From assembly GCA_965113315.1 (NCBI GenBank), contig OZ220364.1: a stretch of DNA of 64,000 bases, one strand, 5' to 3'. A model generated the notes under the pieces. It was not told the origin of the DNA and made no database searches. It was given only the letters and a program-made list of their open reading frames with translations. Source of the DNA: Podarcis vaucheri (lineage: Eukaryota). This document shows, piece after piece, positions 29,201 to 40,092 of the stretch. Position numbers and translations under genes: made by a program. Every line of letters begins with the position of its first letter. Positions within the stretch are counted from its first letter, which is position 1.

Positions 29201-32200
29201 TAGCTACTATTGTGTTGAATCTTGACATGGGGCTGGGGGTTGCTGTGGCCTTTTCACTTCTCACCGTAATCTTCCGGACCCAGATGTGAGTATTCCTTGG
29301 TCTGTGGAGGAGAGGGGGAGGTGGGCTTGGGAACGGCCCTTTGCCAGGTAGCAGGAAAATGGTAGCATTCTGGTACCACCTCCTGGTGCCACTCAGTTAA
29401 AATGTCAGCGTTGAGCCAGGAACCCAGAAGATCAAGCCAGGAATCAGAGCCAAAGCAAAGAGCAAGCCATAGCCAGGAAAGATGTATCATTACCAGTAGT
29501 TTTAGCCTGAACAGAAGCACTTCGTAGCCCTTACTCTTAAGGACAGCCAGTGGCCAGACATTTGGGAAGAAATAAATATTAAAGGAACTGTGTTAGGTCT
29601 TTGGCATTCATCAATGCAGCAGTCTGTAATGATGAAAGTGTGGTGATGTCCGACCAATGTGTTCACCTCCCAGGAGATACTTCTCGCCAGAACTGACATA
29701 ATCTCAGACTGGTGTATTGAACAAGTTCCAACTTTCACCCATATGAATTTGGCAACTTCTCCATCAACATAAAACTCCAGGTGTCATGAAGTTGTTGCTA
29801 AGTAGACTGAGCAGAGTCTTTGCTAATCCCTCTTTTTCCATCTTCTCTAAGGCCCCATTATTCCATTTTAGGACAAGTGCCCACAACTGATGTTTACAGA
29901 GATGTAGCTGAATATCAAAAGGTAAAGTACATTTGGAAAATGACTTGGGGAGATGACTATGGAGGGGCTATGTAGAAAATGGCGTGTGTGCTTTGAAAAA
30001 CAAAGCACTGTGCTTCCTCTTGGACCAAAGCAAACATGAGCGGAAAGAGTTCAAGAAGGTGTGCATGTCTAATGGAGGGCTGGGTTGAGACAATCCCAAG
30101 ATGCAGAAGGGTTTATCCTTCTCAAGCCCTTTTGCCCACATCTTACTAGGAGCAACCTCTGTTCAACCACAAAGCATTTCACCAAGTGCTAGCTCAAATC
30201 CAGATTTCTAGCCACAGAAATTACATGCCCTATACTAAAGCCTAGTCTTTGTTTGTTCATTTGTTTATCAAATACTTATCCCACCTGTTAGGAGGTCCTA
30301 CACATGAGTAGGCATCCAGCAGAGACACATGCCCGACTGGCATGTTCTCTCCCTCCTGGTCGGTCGTTCTGGAGCTTCAAAAGCTTTCTCCAGCCCTAAC
30401 ATCACAGCAATTGATGCCTTGCAGGCATCAGCACACTTCAGGATCAGCAGAGTCTTGGCAGTCAGCGTAACAGACTCAGGAGCACAGCATTTTGGCTAAA
30501 CTACTTTATTTACATATAATACACTTGGAGCATTCTAACTCAGCTCCTTTCTCATCATCATCAAACAGCAAAGAGAAAGAGACAAAGGAACAAACGTCCT
30601 ACTTCACGGAAACACAGTAATACAAACATCCTGTCTCCATCACTTCTCACTATGTGGAATAAAAACACACACCGTCATGTGAAAAAAACAATCCCATGAC
30701 TGCAACACGGGGCAAGAATCCTAACAAGAAGCACAGGAGATCAACCATGGACTTACTTTCTGCTTTATTTTCACAACACCACTTTGAGGGATATTAGATT
30801 GTAATTTGTCCACAGCGAGCTGGTGAGCTTTGTGCCTAGTGGGGATCTGAACAAAAGTCTCCTTGGGTTCAAGCTACTGTGACACTGTACTAACTCCTTG
30901 TTTTGTTCTGTTTCTAGGCTGAGGAGATCCCAGGCATGAAGATTTTCCGCTCCTCCGCTACGATCTATTTTGCTAATGCTGACTTGTATGCAGAAGCCCT
31001 AAAGAAGAAGGTGAGGAGGGTTCAGAAGATGTCCCTCATATTTCAGGGGGGGAGGGTTTCCATGCTGACCAATGCATTAAATAAAATGACTTTGGACTTT
31101 ATTCCGCTTAGAGGGAAAAGACAAACAAATGCAACAGAGTCTCTATTCCCACAGTACTCTTAGTCCTCTCTGCTCACATTTGATATAGAAAGGAAAGGGA
31201 CTGAGGTGTAGACTGAAGCCCTGTTTAGTCATTCTTCAGTCCCACCATAATCAGCATGCAAAGGCCATCAGGATGGGTGGGTGGGTGGGTGGGTGTGAAT
31301 GGGTCTTATTGAAGGGTTGCTGCTGGGTTGGGACAGCTGTAAGATTTTTGTTTTGGAGAACAGGGTGTGGTTTTTTTTTCATTTTGTTTTGTTGCTGTTT
31401 GAATTATGTTCTTCTATTCCTGTTGTTGGGCCTTTGTATTAACTATTTGCGGGTTCTTTAATCTTAATATATATTCACTAGCATGAGCCATTTTGTTTAG
31501 CCTATTAATATTTGTGTGACAGTTTAATTTTTTTTAGACATTGTAGTTGCTCGAGCAACATTTCAGGATAATTCACTGCTTTATTATGTACGCTTTTCCA
31601 ATATCGTGATCTGCTTTGAGCATCGTTTGCCATGGAAAAGGGGCATACAATTAAACTCACAGTGATAGTGCCTAAAAGATATTAGCATAGTTAGCAGACA
31701 AACTATCCTGGGGAGGGAATTCCACAAGTGAGATGCCTGAGCCAAATAGACCCCCTCTGACAATAGCTGATGGAGGGCACTGGAGGAAGATCTTAGTGTT
31801 TGGGGATGTTGATACAGGAGAAAAGAAGTTCTCTCAGACATCTAAATCCTAAACCAGGATGGGCTTTAAAAGTAAGCACCAGTGCTTTGAATTGTGCTTG
31901 GAAACAGATTGGAAGCCAGTGGAGTCCTCTAAGAACTGGCAAGACATGTTTCCCAAAGTTTTGGTCCCAACCAGAGTGTAAATAGCTGTAGTCTGCTTCT
32001 CTCTATCTTGGAAAGGGCACTACAGTTGCACTGGTTTTAGCAATATTCTTCATGCCACTGTCAATGCTTGGTCCTCTAACAATAGAGCAGGATGAATTGG
32101 CAGCACCTAAATTACTCACCTGATCCATTACCTGAGGCCACTTGGGCCTCATTTGCAGAAGCCAAACAGAATTCATAGTATGAAAGAGGCTCATAGACCA

Positions 32201-35200
32201 TGGCTATATAACACGTACAAGGAGACATAGGAAGCAAGCAAACAGGCTAGAGTGATCTATACCTTGCTAAAACCAATAGCTGCTGGTACATAAATATATG
32301 TCTCTTTTTCAGTGTGGCTTTGATGTGGACCGTCTTGTTGAAAAGAAGAAAAAAGCCCTAAAGAAGAAGCAGAAGAAAGACAAGAAGGAAGCCAAGAAGG
32401 CAAAGGTGGATCATTTTCTTCTAAATTACTAATTAGTGTGTTTCCATGAAGTTTATTGTGTGTGTAGTTAATTCATAAATAATTTGAGGCAAGAAGGAAA
32501 GGCGGCTAAATCATTGTTTTCATGTGGGGACCTGTTCACACATGACACTAAGCGCACTTTTGCTAAAAGGACCTTTGGTGTTTTGTAAATACTTGCAGAT
32601 TTTGTTAATACGGTCCTAAGCCAGCCATGTTTTAACTTGGAGATAGTTACCTGTAGCCCTTCTGATGCTGTTGGACTACAACTCCCATCATTCCCAACCA
32701 CTGTCCATGCTGGTTGGAGCTGATGGGGATTGGAGTCCTCCAGCATCTGGAGGTTTACAGGATAGTTACCCCATTTTTAACCTGAAGTGAAATCCATTTA
32801 GGTGGGGAATCTTTTTCAGCACAAGGGCCAAATTCCATTTTGTCAACCTTACAGTGGCCACAAACTAGAGGTCAGCAGGGCCAGAGGCAAAAGTGGCCAG
32901 ATCAATGAACAGTAGAGTGGGTCTAGTTTCTACACATGCTCACACACCTTGCTCTATCGTGTATGTCATAGTTCAAGGACATCTTCCAGCCACAAGGGCA
33001 CAGGGTTTGAAGCTTTTTATAGAAGATGTAACTTCTCTGTTCCTTCTGCCTTCTGTTCTTTGTCCCAGAAGTAATTTATGGAGGTTCTCAAAATGTCACA
33101 TGGAGACACAATTGCTTTGAGTTTACTCGGACTTCTGTTCTGCTCTTGTTTTGGTAACAGAAAATGGCTTCTCAGATCAAAACAGTGTGTGACTCTGGGA
33201 GCAACAACCTGGCATTTGTGAATATAGATATGGAGCCAAGGGCACAGGTATTTATCAATCTGGGCACGAAAGAAAGTTGTGGTCAACATTTCCGGGAGCA
33301 GGCATTTAACATGATCATATGAGTAAAACCCATATGATGATGATGATGTTTGGTACTGTGGGGAACAATCTGGATTTGTTGTCTCAGGCACCAAAATGTG
33401 TTGGTCTGTCTCTGAGTAGACTTGCCGCAGACCTTTCATACTGTTGATAAAGTGGCTCTCCACCAGAGCTGCTAGAAAAGCTGTGGCACAAAGCCATTTC
33501 CGACCTTGGGAGGAGGTGGTGTTGTGGACCTCATGCCCCCAACACGCGTACGGAGGCTGGCTCCCAGCCCCCGCGCGATCTGGGGAATCCTCGGCCGCAT
33601 CATCCCCTGGACAGCCAATTGGCTGGCCCAGGGGGTGTGCCTTGCCTCATTTAAGGCAAGTACAGCTGAGAATCTCCCTCTTTGGCCGCTCAGCTCCTTC
33701 GGTTTCCTGCCCGCCCTTCAAGGTTTCCCTTCTGACCTTGCTATGAACCTCAGTTGGTCGCCATTAAGGGGCCTGGTAGGAATTTATTCCACTTGGCAAA
33801 TTGGCACCAGCCATTTGGTTTTTTGCCTACCTCGTAGCAAACCGTCACAACTTTCTCAGTTTTGGCGGTTAGGCATTGGTATGGGTATTGTTATGGAGAT
33901 GTATGGGGGGGGGAGCGCCATCACCTCCCCCAGATATTGAAGGGTATTCCGGTAAAGGATTCCGGGGGGGCATGGCCCCATCCAAAGCCTATGGAGGTCA
34001 GAGCCTAAGGCACGCCCTTAAGCAGTGACCCCAGGTGAGTTCCTAGTTGATGTGCATCAGCAGGGCTCACCCTGCTGGTGTTAACCCTTCCCGGTCTTCA
34101 TGCAAACAGGCTGAAGATTAGCAAAGTCCACCCCTGCTCCTTTTCCAAAAGGCCTGTGCCTGCAGCTGCAGCTCTCTGTACATCTTCTGAAAAGAGATGG
34201 GTGAATCTGCCAGTTTTGGTTTCTCTTAGTTCCTCATTTTCCCAATCTTAACTTCAATTCTCCACATTTCCACATCAGTTTGTGATTATTTTTAAAATCC
34301 TTATGAAAATTCAGCAGCATTTCAGTTTGAACTTCTAATATACGCATTTTGTATGCAATTTTGCCATATATGCAGATTTTGTGCAAAGCATATTTTCCCT
34401 AATTTTTATATTTCCCTTAATATGAATCACGTTTGTCATATTAATATAAGTGCGCTAGCATATGCATTTTTAGGCACGCTTTACTGTGGTATGTGCATTC
34501 TTGTGCATGTTGCTTGACTAAAGAACTGCACTGCGAAATTTGCAGAAGTGTGAATTTCCAAGGGTGGTTGTGTTTTGTTCCATGTAGTGTTTTGGAATGT
34601 GCAAATTAAATGTGAAATGAATTGAATTTCTCACCCACCCTTAGTGTTGCTGAGACACATTATGAGCAGAACCAACCTGAGAAAACCCAATGGCCAGAAC
34701 ACTGTTTCATGTTGGGGGGAAATACTGTGATTTTTCTTTCCTCACAGGAGCAGGGAGATGACACAGCAGCCACTGCTGCTAATGGAAGTGTGACTGACTT
34801 GGCCCCCCAAAACCAGAGCCAACCACAACCTTCTGGCAAACCCACTTTGCATTCCCTGGGACTGAAGAAGCCTCCTCTTCACTCGCTCATCCTGGACCTC
34901 ACCCCTGTCAACTTTGTGGACACCGTCTGCATAAAGACCTTTAAAAACGTAAGGAGAGGACAACAACCAGGAGAGGGACACCTGTCATGAGAGAGTTGTT
35001 CTGTGTGCAGCCAAATCTAAAAGGCAAATCTGCCTCATGAGGAAGACTCCTGGAAAGGGAGGGGTTTCAGATGGCTTGAGCTGCTTGACTTCCAGCTAGA
35101 TGACTGAGAGCCAAACTCCATGTGAGGTTAAATGCAGCTTTGCATCTAAACCTGTAGGTTTCTTAAAATGCAGACGGCACCAGCTGAAGGTGCTGTGAAG

Positions 35201-38200
35201 AGAGGATTGATATGTAGCAGGATTAGAGAAGGAATTAAGTCCTTTCCTCCCCTGCTGGAGTCCTGAGGAAAATCCCTCCTCTGAAGCTGGTGTTTGTTTT
35301 GGGTTTTTGTTTTTTGCATTCCCCACTGGTGCTGATACTAACTTTAAAGGAGAGATTCAACATCATGTCTCATTGGCCCTTCAAAAGGGGTCTCCAACAA
35401 ACTGTGGCTTCGATTGCATTGTGATGTCTAATCTGTGCTTCTGAACCTCGCTTTCATCTGTTAATTGCTTCTCTCTCTTGGCCAATCACATCTGTCACAG
35501 ACATTACTGGCATTTAAGACACCAAATAATCCAAATCATTCAAATGTGAGGAAGGCATTTTATTTTCTCAGTTTTTCTTTGGCAGACATCTTAACCACTG
35601 CCCAATGGCCATTACTACCCACATAAAATTCATTGATTTCAGCAGAAGATTGCACAGGGAGGTCCGTGCTGATAGCATGTGGGCTTTGTGGAATAACTTC
35701 CTAGTATCTGAAGCTGCCCTGCCGTGGCAGGATAGGCAAATGCAACCCCTCAGGTTCCTGCGAAGTATCTTGTCTCAGTTGTTTATGCTTGTTGTCCTTG
35801 GCAGATATTTAGAGATTTCCAAGAGATTGAAGTGGACGTGTTTCTCGTCGGTTGCCATGGTAAGGAGTTCTAGGAAGTCACGGGTCAGCCATACTGCAAT
35901 AAGCAAGTCATAGCCTGTCAGGGGCTGGACTGGGAAGGAATGGTGGGAGCCGCTGCCCCCCTTCTCCTGAACCTTCCCAAGGGCAGGAGGACAGTATTGA
36001 TTTAGAACAGTGGTTTGCAGAGGGGCATAGTCCAGAGGGGGAAAGCTGGGAAATACTGGGTGAGGAACAGCTAGAAGAGAAAACACCAGGAGAGAGACGG
36101 CTAGCAGGTTCAGTATCTTTGGACAGCATTCCTGACACACACACACCCCTTTTGCCTAAGACCAGGTGGGCTCTGAGAGTGATAGAACACATAAAGCAGA
36201 GGCAACAAGCTCAGATTACCTGACGTAGGAGTGACGTAGATTAATGGGGGAGGAGAGGGTGAGCCTGTACAGTGGTACCTCGGGTTACATACGCTTCAGG
36301 TTACATACGCTTCAGGTTACAGACTCCGCTAACGCAGAAATAGTATCTCGGGTTAAGAACTTTGCTTCAGGATGAGAACAGAAATTGTGCTCCGGCAGCG
36401 CGGCGGCAGCAGGAGGCCCCATTAGCTAAAGTGGTGCTCCAGGTTAAGAACAGTTTCAGGTTAAGAACGGACCTCCGGAATAAATTAAGTACTTAACCTG
36501 AGGTACCACTGTACTGGGAACAATGCCATTTCTATAAGAGATATGCATTCCTTTGTCGCTCACTGTGATTATTAAAGAAACTAACTGGTAAGAAGGCTCC
36601 TTTCGTTTGGTCTGCTTATTCACTGCCACTGGGGGAGGGATCCTATTCCCCAAAGCCTAACATAACCTGAGAGTGTGTGCATCTTCTATCGCTGGTGATT
36701 CCTCCATTCTCGGCCTTGTCCTGGATGCGCACTTCCTCCTGCCCTTTGGACTTCTTCTGTTTCATAGTCACATTATTCCACCAAGCCTTTGAATTGGTTA
36801 AAAATGTGCTACTGAAGGGCAGAAGGAGCCAGTGATTCAGATGCTGTGGCAGAGGGTCCAGGACATAAGCATAGGCGCCAACTCCATGGGGCTTGAGGGG
36901 GCCCGAGCCCCCTCAAAAATTCGTTTGGGGGGGCTCCGCCCCCCCCAATAATCTCCGGCGCCCCTCCAGCAGAGCGCCATCGCCGCCCCTCCCCCAGCCC
37001 AAAATGCACAGGGTCGGGCTGCCTGCATGCCTCCTGCCCTCCCTCCCGAGCAAAAGCTCCACCCAATTTCCTTTGGAGCTGATTAATAGGCGCAGCACGC
37101 TCTCCCCTATTCGCTCACGAGGAGGCGGCGCCACTTTATTTGCATATTCATGAGCTTATTTATTATTCATGAGCTTTCCCGGGGGGCCCCCCCCAATATT
37201 TTTTATAAGTCCGCGTCCCTGGACATAAGTGACTATAATTTGTGTTAAATGACAGTGGGGAGCACAGTTGCTCATGCTAAAGTTTGAACCTGACTCTTGT
37301 TAACGATTCAGGATATGTGGCACAAAAGTCCTTGTATAACACTGAGAATTCACTACATTTGCTTCAGCTGCTACCGGTTGGGGTCCCACAACATCTGGAA
37401 GGCATCACAGCAGCCGACCTTTGCCCAGTCTAAATCTTCCTCTGCCCCCCCCCATTAGATCAGCAACTTCAAGGGCAAAAGAGTCTCCCATCTCCCCTGT
37501 GGTGATAATAGCATCCGGGAATGATTTAGATCAGGGAAAGGGATGAAAAGGTGAAAGACTCTTTTCCAGAGCACCAGTTCCCAGAGCAACTGCAGGGGGC
37601 TGCTGGTTAGCTAAGCAGACACACTCCTCACACTCAGTGGGAGGTCCTAATCGTAGATCTCCCACATCAGCATTATGCCAGGTTTGGCCCTAAGTGAAGA
37701 AACTGCTCTGTGCCTTGGCTCTTACGTCATGCCCAACTTGTGAGCTCCCAGGGGTATCTGGGTGGCCACCATTGGAGACAAACCCGTAGTCTGATCCAGC
37801 CAGCAAATCCCTATGTTTTTAGCTTAGAGGGAAAAACAGGTGATAGGTAGATTCAAGCATTCATGGTTAGTGTGGCTGGCATCAGTTGGCGGAAGTGGGC
37901 TGAAATGGCACCCTCACGTGGCTTTTCCTTGTCTTTCCCCCTGTAGCTTCCGTCATCACCCAGCTGGAAAGAGGCAATTTCTTCAGCCAGACCATCACCA
38001 AGCAGCACCTTTTCCCTTCTGTACATGATGCTGTTACCTATGTTACCAGGAACCGCGGAGAGAGCTTGCCACAAACTGTCACAGTACGTAGTTAGCCTTT
38101 TCCTTTTCCTTTTCCTTTTCCTTTTCCTTTTCCTTTTCTTTTCTTTTTTTTTTTCTAGCTGGAAACTTTAGCCCTAGAAATCTCACAGGGCAATATCGCA

Positions 38201-39394
38201 TTGCTACTTCCAAGCCAGGCATTCGGACCACAGTAGTGGACCTCTTCATCTTCCTTGCTCAGCCCAGGGTTTGATCATAGATGTCATTAGGCCTCCCTAC
38301 ATTGAAAGGCCAGTGCACACTCCACAGCCAGATCTGTAGAATGGGTGCACCATATCTCAAGCGTGCTAAGGAGACTGCCCCCATCCATTGTGTGCTCTGC
38401 CCATCAAATGTACAGTGGTACCTCGGGTTACAGATGCTTCAGGTTACAGACTCCACTAACCCAGAAATAGTACCTCGGTTTAAGAACTTTGCTTCAGGAT
38501 GAGAACAGAAATCGTGCGGCGGCGGCACAGCGGCAGCGGGAGGCCCCATTAGCTAAAGTGGTACCTCAGGCTAAGAACAGTTTCAGGTTAAGAACAGACC
38601 TCCAGAACAAATTAAGTTCTTAACCCGAGGTACCACTATACATTGGTTTAACTAAGACACAGCCAATATACTAACCAGGAAGTTGCTTGATCAAATGCCT
38701 TCTTTGCCTTGGACTACTGGTTTGCCTGAGGCAAGTCATTACTTCTTCGCCTTGACCTTGCTTCCACAACTGTAACATGGGACTTATCTTGTAGGAATTT
38801 CCATACCTGAGCAGTCATGCAAACCCCCAACATATGTGTTTTAATTGCAGGCAAGTCTGTTTGCACAAATGTTGGTTGTTGATCCGCATGTTCTGGTAAA
38901 ATTATCCCATCACTTTTCTTGTTGCAAAAAGTCTGACAAGAAAAGTGATGGGAAATTGCAGTAGAAATTGTAGGATAACAGCCTCTAACTGGCAGTGTTG
39001 TGTAACATTCGTGCAGACATGTCAGGATGATCGCTCAATAAGCCAGTGACATTGTATAACATCTGTGCAAGTTACTTGTAAATGCTCAGTAAACTGCTGG
39101 CCTGGAAGCTCCCTTAGAGGGGATGTTGTGAAAACAAGAAGCTATTTTCCATCCAGTTTGTACAAGAGTTATTCCTTAGGCAGATCTTGACAGCTTCTTC
39201 GATGGACATGTAAAGTCTATGACTGAACAGGCGCTAGAGGAATCTATATACATCTCTATCAGAGATATGGATACCTCAGATAGTGAACAAGTAAACGGAA
39301 GAGAAATGTTGAGTTAATTTGAGGTTCTCTCAGAAATCAATGCTAGCAACTTTATTCTTCATCTTCACAGGATAACAACGCCACTAAAATGTAA
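13749..39394 (+). CDS. SLC26A6: SLC26 family anion exchanger, SLC26A6 (or SLC26A6-like paralog); 19 coding exons, ~724 aa
   Basis: Manually spliced GT-AG exons with consistent phase: 13749-13879, 15397-15536, 16345-16455, 17446-17621, 18434-18598, 21408-21560, 23112-23194, 24088-24235, 26233-26346, 27438-27515, 27918-28013, 29179-29285, 29852-29921, 30918-31010, 32313-32405, 34748-34948, 35805-35859, 37947-38083, 39371-39394. Total is 2175 nt. SLC26 signatures: [58 protein letters not shown] domain ([32 protein letters not shown]). It lies directly upstream of UQCRC1, as in mammals. The true start may be in an upstream exon. Confidence 0.92.
15397..15536 (+). CDS. SLC26A6: SLC26A6 exon ([36 protein letters not shown]...LPQG)
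   Basis: cacag/gtaag boundaries, conserved SLC26 motif. Confidence 0.93.
15960..16178 (-). mobile_element. tRNA-derived CORE-type SINE
   Basis: GGGATTTGAACC B box and CORE-like CACAATCTTGTGAGGTAGG; related to 48760-48980. Confidence 0.7.
16345..16455 (+). CDS. SLC26A6: SLC26A6 exon ([21 protein letters not shown]...GTSRHISVG)
   Basis: ccag/gtgag boundaries; sulfate transporter signature. Confidence 0.95.
17446..17621 (+). CDS. SLC26A6: SLC26A6 exon ([13 protein letters not shown]...LAFLVGIFQ)
   Basis: cacag/gtgagt boundaries; includes N-glycosylation sequons NGS, NVT, NET in the extracellular loop. Confidence 0.93.
17771..18022 (-). mobile_element. Tc1/mariner-type MITE, same family, one TIR lost
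   Basis: Reverse complement of 36270-36511; left end replaced by (TTAAGTAC)-type tandem copies. Confidence 0.85.
18434..18598 (+). CDS. SLC26A6: SLC26A6 exon ([28 protein letters not shown]...GPLSIIY)
   Basis: tttag/gtaagt boundaries, conserved motif. Confidence 0.94.
18718..18924 (-). mobile_element. Sauria SINE, 5'-truncated
   Basis: Reverse complement of the 61140-61338 copy. Confidence 0.88.
19062..19228. mobile_element. hAT-type MITE
   Basis: TIR CAGTGCTTTTT, 8-bp TSD ATAGTCTC/ATCGTCTC; related copy at 5710-5849. Confidence 0.8.
20119..20293 (+). mobile_element. CR1 3' fragment, same subfamily
   Basis: Near-identical 3' end and octamer tail. Confidence 0.92.
21408..21560 (+). CDS. 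SLC26A6: SLC26A6 exon ([15 protein letters not shown]...PIPIELLT)
   Basis: tacag/gtaatt boundaries. Confidence 0.93.
23112..23194 (+). CDS. SLC26A6: SLC26A6 exon (IIISTVISY...VGEIPSG)
   Basis: ttcag/gtgagt boundaries. Confidence 0.92.
24088..24235 (+). CDS. SLC26A6: SLC26A6 exon (MRPPQAP...[19 protein letters not shown])
   Basis: tgcag/gtaagg boundaries. Confidence 0.94.
24366..24773 (+). mobile_element. Probable solo LTR
   Basis: TGTAG..CTACA termini, internal (TTACT)-rich repeats; no clear TSD. Confidence 0.45.
25393..26066 (-). mobile_element. L1-clade LINE 3' fragment
   Basis: ORF2 C-terminal-like peptide (..[25 protein letters not shown]), poly(A) tail on -, TSD TCCTTGATCTTT at 25381-25392 and 26067-26078. 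Confidence 0.8.
26233..26346 (+). CDS. SLC26A6: SLC26A6 exon ([17 protein letters not shown]...ESTGGNSQ)
   Basis: tgcag/gtacgt boundaries. Confidence 0.95.
26668..26965. mobile_element. hAT-type MITE with internal duplication
   Basis: CATGGGTAGGCAAACT..AGTTTGCTGACCGCTG ends; repeated AAAATG.ATCTCTGGGTTATTTGTGGGGC. Confidence 0.65.
27438..27515 (+). CDS. SLC26A6: SLC26A6 exon ([26 protein letters not shown])
   Basis: tgcag/gtactt boundaries. Confidence 0.92.
27918..28013 (+). CDS. SLC26A6: SLC26A6 exon ([18 protein letters not shown]...DL)
   Basis: ctcag/gtaagg boundaries. Confidence 0.94.
29179..29285 (+). CDS. SLC26A6: SLC26A6 exon ([19 protein letters not shown]...IFRTQ)
   Basis: tgcag/gtgagt boundaries. 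Confidence 0.94.
29852..29921 (+). CDS. SLC26A6: SLC26A6 exon ([23 protein letters not shown])
   Basis: taag/gtaaag boundaries. Confidence 0.93.
30286..30726 (-). mobile_element. Probable solo LTR
   Basis: TGTTAGGA..TCCTAACA termini, AATAAA on -; no TSD seen. Confidence 0.5.
30918..31010 (+). CDS. SLC26A6: SLC26A6 exon ([31 protein letters not shown]), start of STAS
   Basis: tctag/gtgagg boundaries. Confidence 0.94.
32313..32405 (+). CDS. SLC26A6: SLC26A6 exon ([19 protein letters not shown]...), lysine-rich STAS insert
   Basis: ttcag acceptor; weak gtggat donor, so the 3' boundary is less certain. Confidence 0.85.
33482..34096 (+). mobile_element. Non-coding relative (ends-only or solo unit) of the Ngaro-like family in an SLC26A6 intron
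   Basis: Start CAAAGCCATTTCCGAC.. matches the reverse complement of ~55655-55670. TGGCGGTTAGGCATTGG..CGCCATCACCT..GTGTTAACCCTTCCCGG matches the reverse complement of ~49609-49843. Confidence 0.85.
34748..34948 (+). CDS. SLC26A6: SLC26A6 exon (EQGDD...[35 protein letters not shown])
   Basis: cacag/gtaagg boundaries; STAS core. Confidence 0.92.
35805..35859 (+). CDS. SLC26A6: SLC26A6 exon ([18 protein letters not shown])
   Basis: ggcag/gtaagg boundaries. Confidence 0.93.
36270..36511 (+). mobile_element. Tc1/mariner-type MITE
   Basis: TIR CAGTGGTACCTC.GGTT, TA flanks; further copies at 38413-38638 and 17771-18022. Confidence 0.88.
36870..37221. mobile_element. GC-rich hAT-type non-autonomous element
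   Basis: Perfect 8-bp TSD GACATAAG (36862-36869, 37222-37229), imperfect TIR CATAGGCGCCAACT/AGTCCGCGTCCCTG. Confidence 0.8.
37947..38083 (+). CDS. SLC26A6: SLC26A6 exon ([29 protein letters not shown]...)
   Basis: tgtag/gtacgt boundaries. Confidence 0.93.
38096..38155. repeat. (CCTTTT)n pyrimidine repeat
   Basis: Direct reading. Confidence 0.9.
38413..38638 (+). mobile_element. Tc1/mariner-type MITE, same family
   Basis: Same TIRs and TA flanks. Confidence 0.88.
39371..39394 (+). CDS. SLC26A6: SLC26A6 terminal coding exon (DNNATKM*)
   Basis: cttcacag acceptor, phase 0, ends in a class I PDZ-type motif T-K-M. Confidence 0.8.
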   Translation, partial: DNNATKM

Positions 39395-40086
39395 CCAGCG
39401 GAATCATCTGCTCCTCCAGTTCTCACAGAGGAGCCAGCGCCTTTTCAGATGACTGTATGAATTGCCCTTTTCAAAATAGTTATGTGGGATTCTCCACCAC
39501 CGGGTGGTGGGAACCTGTGTTGGCTTTTTTTGGAGAGAGACTTATTGGGACCTTCAAGAAACTGAGACTCGGTTGAGGGCCTACCTGCCCACCTACTTCA
39601 AAACTCCAGAGTTGGGTGGGGGAGACCCCTTTCAGACACTGGAAGTGCCTCACTTGTTGCTATGGCTACTTTTGGATTTTTCCACTGAATCCTGCCAACT
39701 AATTTGGTGAAGCACAGGGGCATCTGCAGCATTCTCTACCTGTTCTAAGTGCCTATCAAGCTGGAGAGGCAGAACACTAACATATTCCCTCTGGGGGCCT
39801 TGGGTCCCTACTTATTCCTTCTCTCCTGGATTGCAGTTTTAAAACCATGTCTGTGGCATCTCCAGTTACAAGGATCAAGTAATCAGTGATAAAAAGGACC
39901 TGTTGGAGAGCCGCCATCATCCAGAGCAGAAAAGGTGGATCTACACGGACTCTGTATAAAGCAGCTTTATATTTTTGAAGTTGCCCCATTTCAATAGACC
40001 CTAACTACAGCTTGCTGAGACAACATACAGGAGGCAAGGTCAAGAGGAATATTACTGCTTCTGGGAAATTATATATGTATTGAAAT

Positions 40087-40092
40087 AATAAA
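40087..40092 (+). terminator. Candidate polyadenylation signal for SLC26A6 (second AATAAA at 40515-40520)
   Basis: AATAAA hexamers ~0.7 and ~1.1 kb downstream of the stop. Confidence 0.45.
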
